A DNA stretch of 64,000 nt from Eledone cirrhosa (taxonomy: Eukaryota), in the NCBI GenBank assembly GCA_964016885.1, contig OZ024743.1:280488001-280552000 (forward strand). Reading direction: 5' to 3'. The position numbers and the translations under genes were made by a program. The notes beneath the pieces were generated by a model that had not been told where the DNA came from, ran no database searches, and saw only the letters and a list, made by a program, of their open reading frames with translations. Shown here piece by piece: positions 16,578 to 28,878 of the stretch. Numbering within the stretch: position 1 is the first letter of the stretch; every line of letters begins with the position of its first letter.

Positions 16578-19500
16578 ATGGCCAATATAAGAGTTGGATG
16601 TGTAAATGCACGCGGCCTGGGGATGTCCTGGAAACAGGGCAAACTCTTAAATGACCTCAGGTTGCACAGAGTGGATGTAATGGTTATTTGCGAGTCCAGG
16701 ATCAGCAGCGAGCGCCAACTGGCCCCCTTCTTCGACGACTTTGAGATCTACGCATCTCTCTGTCAGCCGAGGGGTGGGGGTGGGGTTGTCGTTCTGCTGC
16801 GAAAATACCTGGGTCTTGCCACACAGAAGGTACACCTGGACCCGGAGGGTCGACTGGTGGTTTTAGACGTCGGCAGTGGTGAAGGTGAAGCTTTCAGGCT
16901 GGTGGCAGCGTATGCCCCATCTGGGACACCGCGACCGGACTTCTTCCGACGCCTGGAGAATTTCCTGGGAACGTCTCGCTCCTTGCTTCTAGTGGGGGAC
17001 TGGAATGGTATCCTGGATGCACGTTGGGACTATGTAGCGGCATGTCCCGATAGAGGGGGGTGTAACAGCCTCAAACAATTAATCGGCCGATTTGATCTGG
17101 CCGATAGATATCAACTAGATTTTCCGACTGTGCCACTGTGGACGTGGACTAATCGCAGCGGAACATCTAGGTCGTACCTAGATAGGTTCCTAGTTAGAAA
17201 TAAGGATAGGGACATATTAAGCTGTCCACGAATGTTCATGGTTGACTATTCGGATCACAAGTTGGTGACCGGAGTGGTCAAACTTGATAGAACTCATAGA
17301 CAGGGACCCGGTTACTGGAAGCTTAACTTGTCTTTGCCGACAAACAAAGCTTTTAGTAAGCGGATTAGCACACTAGTTAAGCAGCGTTTGACGGGGGCAA
17401 TTATCAACAGCAGGTGGTGGGGCTCTCTCAAGATAGAAATTAGAATAGAATTGATAGGTTTTAGTCGGGAATTAGCATCAGATAGGGATAGAACTGAAAG
17501 GGAATTAACAAATAGAGTAGAAGAGGCGATTAGGAGTGAAAACGTGGCCGGCGTGCTGGCGTCAAGAACGGCCCTAGACTAGTTCTTTGATGCGAAGCAC
17601 GAGAGCTGCGTTGTCAGGAGTAAAATACGTGCTCTGGGTAACGAGAGAGCCAAAGCTGTTAGCTGGGCCCGAGTGACAGAGGCAAAAGGTGGAAACAAGT
17701 CCACGATTCGGTCTTTGAAGGACCAGGATGGACGCGTGATCCTTGAACCTGAGCGGATGAACGCGGCCTTTCAACGGCGCTTTGCACGACTGTTCGGTAG
17801 GGGCGGCGGGCCGGGTGGGGCCATGGATTTCGGTCCATACCTCGACGGTCTGGCGCGGCTCTCGGACGGGGAGGCGAAGTCCTGCGAGAGGCCGATTTCA
17901 GCCGCTGAAATAGGGGAAGCGCTGAGCCAATGCGGCAAACGCAAATCTCCGGGTCTCGATGGTCTACCATACGAACTTTATGTAGCGATGCCGGGCTTGT
18001 TCTCCGGTCTCCTCGAGGCGGTCTACTGCAACTGGCAACAGAACGGGAGAATTCCCAGTTCTGTGACCAAGGGCGTAGTCACGCTGGTGAGGAAGGACGA
18101 GAACAAGGGGGATGACATAGATAACTTCAGGCCCATAACTCTGCTAAACACAGAGTTAAAGATTTTGGCCAAGGTATTAGCGAAGAGGTTGGCGCTTGTC
18201 GTGGGGAACCTGATGGGAGAAGCGCAGACATGCGCAATCCCGTCCAGGTCCATACACGACAACCTCCACCTCATGCGATACATCGTAGAGAGGGTGGGGA
18301 ACGAACCCGGCTTTGGTGGGGCCCTGATCAACTTCGATCAATCTAAGGCGTTCGATAGGGTTGACTATCGGTACCTGGATGCGGTGCTCGCGGCGGCAGG
18401 CTTCGGACCCGTTTTCAGGGGTTGGATTGCTGCAATGCACAGTAGCAACACCTGCTCGAGGGTCAAGGTGAACGGCTACCTCTCGGAGCCGTTCCAATCA
18501 CGCGATCCATCCGACAGGGATGCCCTCTCTCCTCTCTCCTGTATGTGCTGGCTCTCGAGCCACTACTGCGGAAGCTGGAGCTGTTGCAGGGCATACCCTT
18601 TGAACCGGGATTGCGGAAAGCGGTGTCGGCCTACGCCGATGACGTGACAGTAATGGTGTCGTGCGCCTCGGAAATCGGGCAGATCGGCACCTTACTGGAG
18701 GAATATGAAAGGTTGACAGGAGCCAAGTTGAACCGGGACAAGTCCGTCGGTTTGCAACTAGGGACGTGGAGGGGCAAAACGATGCCCTCCGACGGCATCG
18801 TCGGACGCTGGACGGAAGGATCGGTGAAGCTGCTCGGGGTCTGGTTCGGACCGGACTTCCAGGTGGAGAAAAACTGGGACGAGGTAACGGGCAAGGTGTT
18901 TGCACTCGCCGAGTGCAAACTATCCTTGAAAGGTCGAGCGGAGGTGGCGAACGCTTATATAGCGTCCGTCATCTACTACCTCTTGACCGTCGTGCTTTGC
19001 CCAGAGAAAACACTCGCCAAAATGGAGCGCGCGCTCTTCCGATTTCTTTGGAAGAAGCGGGCTCCTTTGGTGAGAAGATCCATCTGCTGTCAACACCCTT
19101 CGAACGGAAGGAGGGGATGCCATGGCTGACGATGCGTAGACACGCATTAAGGCTACGGCACCTCCAGGTATTCCTCACCGGTCAGCCGGTGTGGGCCCTG
19201 TTTGTGAGGCGAGCCTTTCCGAGACTCGTCTCACTCACCGAGCTGCAATCCTGGGTCAAGCAAAGACCGAGAAAAGTGGGCGACTGGCACATTGAATGTG
19301 CCCAGGCGCTCACCATCCTCTGGCAAGCGGATCCGGCAATCAGTGGAGACTCAACCTCAACATTCTATAGAGGGTTGGTGCGCAGTAATTGCGACGACGC
19401 TCTCGGAGAGGCTCTGGGCATGGAGGAAGATGAGCTGGCCAGTCTGTTCGGTAGAACGTTTGGCCCGGGACCGATGGACAACTTCCAAAAGTCCCTGGCT

Positions 19501-20001
19501 TGGCAATTTTACCGAGGAGCTCTACCTGTTGGGGACAAGCTCTACAGACACGGGCGCCCGGGTAGGGACCCCTCGAAGAAGATCTGTCCAAGATGCGTGC
19601 GTGACGAGGAAACCGTCGCACACGCATTCGTACACTGCCCGGGCGTTGCTGACCTGTGGGGCTATGTGGAACGACTACTGTCGAGGGTGGGACTAATCCG
19701 GTTGACCACCGAGAACATTGTCAAGATCAAACCGCCTCCCCCTTTCAAAAACGAAGGAGAGGCGGTTTTCCTCTGTGTGATAGCTATGGCAAAAGAAGTT
19801 GTATGGTGGACGAGGTTGAAAGGGCTGAGGTCAGACACCTTTCTCTCCGGCCAACAACTGGTCTTTTTTTTCAAGTACCACTTTAGAAGAAGGATCAGAA
19901 TGGAGAGAGAGGTGCTCTACCCCAGCAAGTTTTATGAAAGGTGAGTGAAAGTAGCGAGAATGGCCCGAGTGAATGGGCCTTCTCTCTATATCAGCCTGTA
20001 G
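16578..20001 (+). pseudogene. Tx1 ORF2 (APE-RT), disrupted
   Basis: Collinear with intact ORF2 58366-61785; stops at 17580 and 19942, frameshifts near 18450-18500 and 19110. Confidence 0.92.
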
Positions 20002-20752
20002 GTGAGAGAGGAGAAGAATGAGAAGAGGAAGGAAGCACCCGCTCTTTGTGCTCCTGAAGAGGAGGGTTGCACATTTTTTCGGGGGTGTGTGCGACCCATG
20101 TCAACGCACCTCCCTATTGAGGACATCGATTGTTAAATTTAATTTGTTATATGTTTTTTACACGTCTTTTTAAATGTATGTAAACTCCCCACTTTGTATT
20201 TGTCCCAATCTTTGATGCCCTGGTGGCAAATAAATAGAAATTTATATCTACTACACGACACTCTTTTATTATCCCTCTCCCTATATCTACAACCACCAAC
20301 CTCTCCCCCTCTCTATATCTAATATACAGTACTCTCTCTCTTTTTCAATCAATACTACATTTTCCCCTTCTCTATATCTTCCACACGGCACTTACACCCA
20401 ATCCCCCTCCCTATATTAAAAACCACTACACTCTCCAACTCTCTATATTTACCATACGAAATATTCCCTGAATCCCCCGCTATATATACACTACCAACAA
20501 TGTTAATGTGTATATAGAGTATATCTACCATACAACACTCTCTTTCAATGTCCCTCTCTATATCAATTACCAATATACTATCCCTCCCTCTATATCTACT
20601 ACATGGTACTCTTCCAATCCCCTTCTCTTTATCAATTTACACTAACCTCTCCCCCTCTTTATATCTACGATGACACTTTCTCTCTCAATGCCTCTCTCTC
20701 TATCAATTACTCTTAGATATTGACTACCCCCCCCCCCCACTTATTAATTTTT

Positions 20753-21140
20753 CAGGGGGTGGAAATTTGGACACTTGAGTTGTAGTGATTAGTTTAATTC
20801 TTTGTACTCTAAAATGATCAGAAAATGCAATTTGAGTCCAAGCAGATCATATTACATTTAAAACTTTCAACAATTATAAAGTGATTATAGCAAAATGACC
20901 TATGAAATCTGTCTCTGAATACACATACTAGCAATTGTCAAATAGTGATATGTGGGGAAAAAGTTATGACATGACAAAAAAAATACACTATGAAGGTTAA
21001 CATAATATATTACAGTGTTATCAAATATCAACCAAGATATAAAAAAACTTGTTTTGGTAGTTTTGGGAGAACAATATAACTATTGGGGAAGGGGGTGGGA
21101 GGGTACATGACCTCCTTGGTTTCCCAGTTCCACCACCCCT
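20753..21140. mobile_element. Possible old hAT-type MITE
   Basis: Imperfect termini CAGGGGGTGGAA / TTCCACCACCCCT; left part related to 2286-2378. Confidence 0.4.
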
Positions 21141-21171
21141 TTATATCAGATATTTTTAGGTGTGGATTGTC

Positions 21172-21355
21172 GGTGGACTGGCAGTATCGGTAGAGTGTCA
21201 GACGCCATGCTTTGCAGCATAGAATTACTGCCCTTTACGGTCTGAGTTCAAATCCCACCGAGGTTAACTTTGTCTTTCATCCTTACGGGGTCGATGAAAT
21301 AAAGTACCAGTAATGTACTTGTATAATTGCTGGCCTTGTGCCAAAAGTAGATACA
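21172..21355 (+). mobile_element. tRNA-derived SINE, full length
   Basis: Same family as 123-305; degenerate TSD ATTTTTAGGTGTGGAT / ATTATTAGTTGTGGAT. Confidence 0.9.
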
Positions 21356-21759
21356 ATTATTAGTTGTGGATAATCAATTGGATTGTTGAACTGCTACTGA
21401 CGTAGGTCGTTAAACATTAAGGGATGCCTTCAGAAACTGAGATGGATATAAAGAGTGAAGACTTGTATTAATTTGTATTTGCAACCACTACACTCGGAAG
21501 ACATCATATAGACAGATATATTATTTCATCAAAGCAGAAGTGTAGTTACCCCCATCTAACAGAGTTATTAATAAAACTTTAGGATATATATACACACATA
21601 TATATATATATAGTGGTGGAACACTGTAAGGTAATATCCGTAGTGATAGAGCACTCAGTCCATGGGACGAGTTAGGTAGAAGTGGTTACACAACAGTTAG
21701 TTCACCATACCGAGAACAATTGTTTCACCTTAGCAGAATATATATATATATATATATAC

Positions 21760-21868
<109 letters not shown>

Positions 21869-22467
21869 TTTCAACAATGTCAGTATTCCGTGAGTCATAA
21901 TTCTCGATTATCATTGGTTCATAGGTTTCAAACGACTCCGCCCACCTCTACGACGCCTAACGTAAATTAATATGCATAATGCTAATGAGGGAGTGAGAGG
22001 GGAGAGTAAGAAACAGAGAGGCAAAGTGAACGCAGTAACCATGTGTGCGTGTGTATGTACGTGCTCGTATGTTTATGTGTGTGTGCGTGCGTGCAGCGTT
22101 CCATAGAAAGTAAAAACTATTAACATGTGTGAATGTGCGCGTGTGTGTAAGTGCACGGGTGCGTGTGTAAGTTTGCGTGCGTGTGCGCGTTTCCATGCGT
22201 GTATGTGTGTGTACGTGGGGCGTTCCACAATCGCCACGCAGTTTATCTGTCTGTGTGCCTGTCTGTCAGTTATAGTCTTGCAAAGTTTTCTGCACTTCCA
22301 TGAAAATGTCTTTTCCAGTTGTTGTTCCATGCATACAGCAAACGGATGCCAACTCTTCCGTTATCTGAAAGTTCAAATTGACACCGAGTTGTGAATGGAG
22401 TAAATAGGGTACTTTTTTTTCATTGACGGACATCTTTTATATGTATTATTGTGTAATTTTTTGACAA

Positions 22468-22725
22468 TTGCTCGAAATGAATACTGATAATAAAAGCAAT
22501 TCGACTTTATCAAACAGTGAACTACAGCAGCGACAGCGTGCAGCTAGGAATGAAGAAAAACGGGCCGAACAGCGCCATCGGAACGCCGAACTTCAGAGGC
22601 GAAGGCGTGCCGCCATGAATGAAGAGGAGCTGGCTGAACAACTCCAACGAAACACTGGAGCCAAGCAGCGACGGCGTGCTGCGATGGTTGAAGACGAACT
22701 GGCTGAGCATCATCTTTTATATTAA
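22468..22725 (+). pseudogene. R/E/Q-rich repeat ORF fragment resembling the N-terminal repeats of Helitron RepHel proteins
   Basis: Three roughly 23-aa repeats (Q.RRRAAM.EEE.AEQ..RN); no catalytic motifs. Confidence 0.4.
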
Positions 22726-22858
22726 TTATCTATATCTATATCTACATATAATATAAAAGATTGGAACTTCCATCATCCTTTTGAGAAACCTGGAACAACC
22801 ACGTCTATGCAATGATATACGTTTTACAGTCAGGCAGAAGATGAACCATCTCCTAGAG

Positions 22859-25106
22859 CAGGGGTCACCAAACTACGGCCCGCGAGCCGGATGAGGCCCG
22901 CGACGTCAGTTCATCAGGCCCGCCGACGGTACTTGCATTTGCGTGATAAAACGGATGGAACACGAGATGTTTTTAATTCAATGTCTTTTTCATTTTCAGA
23001 TCCCGTTTTCTTCACCCTTTATTATGTCTACTAAGAAAAGAAAAGTGGACGCCGAGTGTCGCGTTTTCAATTAAGAATGGGGAGTAAAGTACTTCTTTAT
23101 GGAAACAAAGGACCAGAAAGCTAGTTGCGTGGTATGCAGCGAAAGTGTTGCCGTTTTGAAAGACTACAATCTTCGGCGTCACTATGAAACAAAACATCTA
23201 TCAACATATTCAAAGTTGTCTGGAAAGTTACTCTCTGAGAAATATGAGTCCATGAAACGTGGTTTAGAAACTCAAAGAAATCTCTTCACGAGAAAGTTTA
23301 CTGAAAATGAATCTGTCACTCGTACAAGTTACAAAATAGTGCATAAGTTGGCAGAGCGAGGAAAACCGTTTACTGATGGCAACTTCATCAAAGAGTGTAT
23401 GATGGAAGCAGCAAATGACTTGTGTCCTGAGAAAGCCGATTTTTTTGGAAGTATCACGCTTTCGCCAAGTTCAGTTGTGCGGAGAACAGAAGAACTTGGA
23501 GAGAACATAGTGCTACAGATACGTGAGAAAGCTAGGAACTTGTTGTGGTATTCTCTGGCGCTGGATGAGTCTACTGATCTCTCGAGTACGTCACAACTTC
23601 TCGTGTTCATTCGTGGTGTCAATTTGGACTTTCAGATAACGGAAGAGTTGGCATCCGTTTGCTGTATGCATGGAACAACAACTGGAAAAGACATTTTCAT
23701 GGAAGTGCAGAAAACTTTGCAAGACTATAACCTTCAGTGGAATCAGCTTCGAGGTGTTACAGTTGATGGAGGAAAAAACATCGCTGGAGTGAGGAAGGGT
23801 CTGGTCGGGTAGATCAGGACTCAGTTGGAAGATTTCCAAATTCCGGGCGCTCTGTTCATACACTGCATCATACATCAGCAAGCACTCTGTGGGAAAGACG
23901 TGGATATTTCTTGTGTACTGAAACCAGTCGCTTCTGCTGTGAACTTCATTCGCAGACATGCACTCAATCAGTCAGTTCCAGGATTTTCTTGAAGAAATTG
24001 ATTCTGATTTCTGTGACTTGCCCTATCACACAGCAGTGAGGTGGCTCAGCTGCGGTAAAGTCCTGTTTCGTTTTTACAAGCTCCGAAACGAAATAGATGT
24101 TTTTCTCACTGAAAAAGATAGAGCTGATCCACAGCTGTCAGATCCTACCTGTCTATCAAAGTTGTCATTTTTGGTCGACATCACATTCCACATGAATGAA
24201 CTGAACTTGAAACTTCAGGGAAAAGATAACCTCGTCTGTGATCTCTACAGAATCATCAAAGGATTTCGGAGAAAGCTGTCATTGTTTGAAGCACAACTGG
24301 AAGGAGAAAACTTCTTATTTTCACTGTTTCAAAGAGTTTTGAGCTACAATTGCTGAAGATGTCAACCTCGATTTTCCTAAAAAGATTATTCGTGACTTGA
24401 AGAAGCATTTTTTGGAGAGATTTTCAGATTCTTCTGTTACAGAATCCGTTTGATTGTAACCGTGATGATGTGCCAGTTGCACTACAGTTGGAGCACATTG
24501 ATTTGCAAGCAAATGACTTGTTGAAAGAGAAGCACAGAGAAGGAAAACTTGTTGAATTTTACCGCTTCTTACCTGATGTTGAGTTTCCGAAATTGAAGAA
24601 ATTTGCCGCTGGTTTGGCATCTTTTTTTGGAACAACTTATGTCTGTGAGCAAACATTTTCAAAAATGAAGTATGTGAAGTCAACACATCGAACGAGATTG
24701 ACTGATGAACATTTGAAAGCAATTCTCTTGATTGGATGCAGCAATTCCAAACCAAACATTGATGATATCTTGAAAGCCAAACGTCAGTTTACAAATCTCA
24801 CTAATCTTTTTTGCTGCTTAGTTTGTAAGATTCGGATATGTGCACACTAGGTCTGATGTAACTATATTTTTGCTAACGTCGCCTTCTTTGATAACTTTTT
24901 AGTAAATAAATATGCTGGTTGTCTTTGTTTTTTGTGCATTGCACGCCACTCACCCATGATTAACATGGAATGCTAAACGTAGTGTTTCGTCTTTTTTACC
25001 AGAGCTTTCGTTCTGGCTTGCAAGTATTGAACAGAGTGATTATGCGGCCGGCGCTCGTCATTCTTTCAGTTATCCGGCCCACTGTGAAAAAGTTTGGTGA
25101 TCCCTG
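22859..25106 (+). mobile_element. Buster-subfamily hAT DNA transposon (SPIN/GTF2IRD2-like)
   Basis: TIRs CAGGGGTCACCAAACT / AGTTTGGTGATCCCTG; 8-bp TSD TCCTAGAG at 22851-22858 and 25107-25114 (NNNTANNN). Confidence 0.95.
23024..24805 (+). pseudogene. hAT transposase, disrupted
   Basis: MSTKKRKVDAECRVF; BED-like CVVC..NLRRHYETKH; YSLALDESTD; TVDGG; HCIIH; VRWLS; FGTTYVCEQTFSKMK; several stops and frameshifts. Confidence 0.92.
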
Positions 25107-25323
25107 TCCTAGAGGTTACTTTAATTGTTCATATACTATGCACAAACGGTACAACGAAGGATCTGGTATATCTGGAAGATTTTTGTTAGTGTTCTCTGTA
25201 TCACACAGACACCACGGACTCGCCTCATACTGTAACCAGACAAACATCCAATACAGTCAATTTCTCTTTAACCTGTCTTCTCTTATCATCTGTTTACCCG
25301 GGCGAAGCTGGGTACGTCAGCTA

Positions 25324-25363
<40 letters not shown>

Positions 25364-25480
25364 ATACTTGGGGAGGGTCATATTTGTGTAATAATATTGC
25401 CAGAATTAATAACAGAACACACCCACTGTTTGGTTGGTTTTCGCTTCTATCAAAAACCTCGCAAAACTAATTCATCGCCG

Positions 25481-25606
<126 letters not shown>

Positions 25607-26819
25607 GCACGTATATATATACAAATATATATATATATATATATGAATATCACACCTTCTGAGGGAACACAGAACTTGAAAGAGTACTATTTGGCTTCTC
25701 ACTAATTCGTTTATGAAAATTGTTATACAACTAACGGCAAAACTTTAGTATGAACGTGTAAAAGTACTGAGATAAATGTTGATCTTTCAGTCTCTCACTG
25801 ACACAATCAATGGTGTTAATATATAGTACACGTGAGCTTCATATTATAATCTATCACTAACAGTGGTTTTAATAAAAGGACATGTGACGTTGTTCTTACG
25901 ACCTAACACTAATATATATATAGGACATAGTATAGGTTGATACTACGGTCGAACACTAATATATGAAATATGCGTGGTTGAACTTACAGTAGTCTACCAC
26001 TGACAGTAACGTTGATTGCAGGCTATCACTATAATCCAGTAGCCGCAATATATAGGACATGTTATGCTGAACTTAATATCCAAAGGTACAACGTTTGGCT
26101 TGCAAACCACATGCTTCTCTCAATTCTAGTATACGCAGCTCTTCATATAATATTGGTTTCTAATTTAGGCACAAGGCCAACAAGTTGGGGGAAGGGAAAG
26201 TCGATTAAATAGAATCCAGTGCATTACTGGTACATATATGATATTGGGCTTCAGTACTATTCTACCAAAACGTCACCCTCTGGATTACAAAGGGAGCCAA
26301 CTTAGAAAATGAAAGATTGTTCATAGATGAATTTTTAATTTTCTGTTTTCTGAGTTGTCTTCCCGTCATACTGTATTATTGAAGTCATAAGAGTGCCTTC
26401 TATCGGCAGAAATTTAAAGTTCAAATAGTGATAATGCCCATAGCTAATCCGATGTGAATTGATTGTTTGTACTTCAAATTACTGAATGGGTGTGAACAAA
26501 AGTTAATCGCAGTTAACATACAGGCAATTCACATTATCCTTATGCATTATCAGTCCAAATTCTGGCTTTAACTATCTTAATGCGATCTCTCATTAGATTA
26601 GATAAATGCGCCTCTCCCTAATTAGATTTCTGTATAAAAGTTTTCTGGATTATATTTCAGGAAACAAACTTTTTTGTGTTAATTGAACTTTAAGCATTAA
26701 AAATTATATCTGTTTTTGTGATTAATGAATTAATGACTACTCAAGATTGATTTTTATGTGGAGATGGATTAATATTTCAGTTAGACGAGTTAAATTTAAA
26801 TAGCCCTTGTTTAAAATGA

Positions 26820-27350
26820 CCGATCAATACAAGAATTAAAAGCGAAAATACGAACCAGAAAATAGTTTTCATTCAACAATGGGAGAATATGTTTCGCCTT
26901 TACTTTTAACCCTGAAATGAACATTAGGTAGTTGTGGACAGTAATCTAAAAGTCAATATTAGTCTCACCATAAAAACATCAAGCGGAGTGAGTTGACTAC
27001 TGTAGTTATTGTTGATATATTATGAAATGTTCTTTATAGTCATGGATAATTTTTGCACCAGAAGCCTCAGAACTGTGATGAGCAATAAGAGTTTTTATAT
27101 CCCGTTACACTAACCATAGATGTATATCTAAAATCTGTGTTACAATTGTGTGTTCACTTCATAGCGATTTGAAAAGCTGTGAGGATTTCTGTTTAATATT
27201 AGATGGATCTACAAAGATTCAAGATATCTATCTATTGCTTCAAGATGCTTCTCTATTAACTACCTCTAACGCTTTTTCTAAATGTAGTGAAAATCGAAAC
27301 CAGTTTGCGACGATATTTGGTCTCTCATTCTAAACTGTTTTCACTATAAT
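26820..27350 (+). pseudogene. Highly decayed hAT transposase remnant
   Basis: KRKYEPEN near 26840 and DLKSCEDFCLILDGSTKIQD (compare YSLALDESTD) at 27163-27225. Confidence 0.4.
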
Positions 27351-27679
27351 GAATTTAGGTTTCTTTATATAAAGAGAAAAGATCGCCAACATTTTCTGTT
27401 ACAATGACATCCACGTCCCTACTTTATAAAGTATTTTCTTTTTACTATGCACAATGGTCTTTTATAGATCGTGAGAGTGAATGGAATTTTGTAGCGCTTA
27501 TTGTTTTTCCCAAGGACATTTGCGACACGAATGAAGAGAATTGTTTCAATTGTGATTTAAAAGTGCCAGGCAATTTCTGTTCAGTTTTATTAATGATTTA
27601 CCTAAACGTATATTTATTTCTAGCATAGTCACAAGATCTCAAATTTAGGATATCAGAAGAGTTGATTAGATTAGCCCTT

Positions 27680-27820
27680 TCAGTTAACTGGTACTTATTT
27701 CATTGACCCGTACACGATAAAAGTCGACACCAGTGGAATTGGAAATAAGAACGCAAATGCACCCAACTAAATACCGCAAGATATATCGTCCGTCGCTCTA
27801 CAGATCCACCAATTATCGCC
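27680..27820 (-). mobile_element. Old diverged SINE copy
   Basis: Reverse complement remnants CTGGTACTTATTT..AAAGTCGAC..and tRNA-like head. Confidence 0.6.
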
Positions 27821-28299
27821 TTCTCCCTACACGAATACTAACGTTTGTTCATCTTTTTTATATATATATTTCTATATTTATTTGTTCATTCATTTACGTA
27901 TTTCTGTAGTTTGTGAGTTGACAAGGCACAAGTTAGCATGGATTTACTGAATTATAATGTAGTTTTTAAACTGATTACTTGCGTCTCTATCAGTTGCAGA
28001 CGACAATAACATTTTTACGTCATTAATTCGCCATTTTTGTTTTTATCGTTTCTTGCTTTTCGGTAGAGAGAAAAAATTTGTGAAAAAAAATGTGATTTGT
28101 GTCATTCATCTTTGGTGTTGCTATTGTTTTTGCTGTTACAACATATTGTTATTTTTATTATTATCGCTGTTGCTACTGCTGCAGCAGCTGTTGTTGTTGT
28201 TGGTGTTGTTGTTATCATTATTGTTATTGCAGCTGTTACTGTTGTAGCTGGTGTTGTTTTCCTGTTACATGCGTTCTTATTGTTATCTGCAGTTATTTT

Positions 28300-28499
28300 N
28301 NNNNNNNNNNNNNNNNNNNNNNNNNNNNNNNNNNNNNNNNNNNNNNNNNNNNNNNNNNNNNNNNNNNNNNNNNNNNNNNNNNNNNNNNNNNNNNNNNNNN
28401 NNNNNNNNNNNNNNNNNNNNNNNNNNNNNNNNNNNNNNNNNNNNNNNNNNNNNNNNNNNNNNNNNNNNNNNNNNNNNNNNNNNNNNNNNNNNNNNNNNN
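28300..28499. other. Assembly gap (200 N)
   Basis: Run of n. Confidence 1.
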
Positions 28500-28672
28500 G
28501 TTACGGCCCTTGCCATTCTGAGTTCAAATCCCGCCAAGGTTAACTTTGCCTTTCATCCTTACGGTGTCGATAAAATAAAATACCAGTAATACACTGGGTA
28601 ATTGCTGGCCTTGTGCCAAAAGTAGAAACAATTATTATTATTGTTATTATTATTGTTATTATTATTATTATT
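28500..28672 (+). mobile_element. SINE 3' portion with (ATT)n tail
   Basis: B-box, core and tail; ATT tract 28631-28672 directly precedes Tx1 copy B. Confidence 0.9.
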
Positions 28673-28878
28673 GGTCTAAGAAGACGTATTTTGCTCGCTC
28701 ACAGTAAGTCGCTTTATTTGCCTGTTAAAATTATTTGTTGTTAAATATTTCTTGTTGTGTAAGGGATATAAGCCCTTAGACTTTGCCCCGTGAAGGGGAA
28801 AGTATAATATTTGGGCCTTTTGGCCCAAATATTTGAACTTTCTTTACATGTTAAAAAATTTACGAAGAAAAAAAAAAC

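Larger units (their letters stand above)
14661..20241 (+). mobile_element. Full-length but decayed Tx1/L1-clade LINE, subfamily A
   Basis: 5'UTR, ORF1 remnants, ORF2 with APE (GDWN, SDH), RT (YADD) and C-terminal Cys/His motif, 3'UTR ending GGCAAATAAATAGAAAT. Confidence 0.93.
22741..25324 (+). mobile_element. Non-autonomous Helitron carrying a nested hAT transposon
   Basis: 5' TCTACATATAATATAAAAG; 3' hairpin ACCCGGGCGAAGCTGGGT then CTAG (25321-25324) followed by T. Confidence 0.72.
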
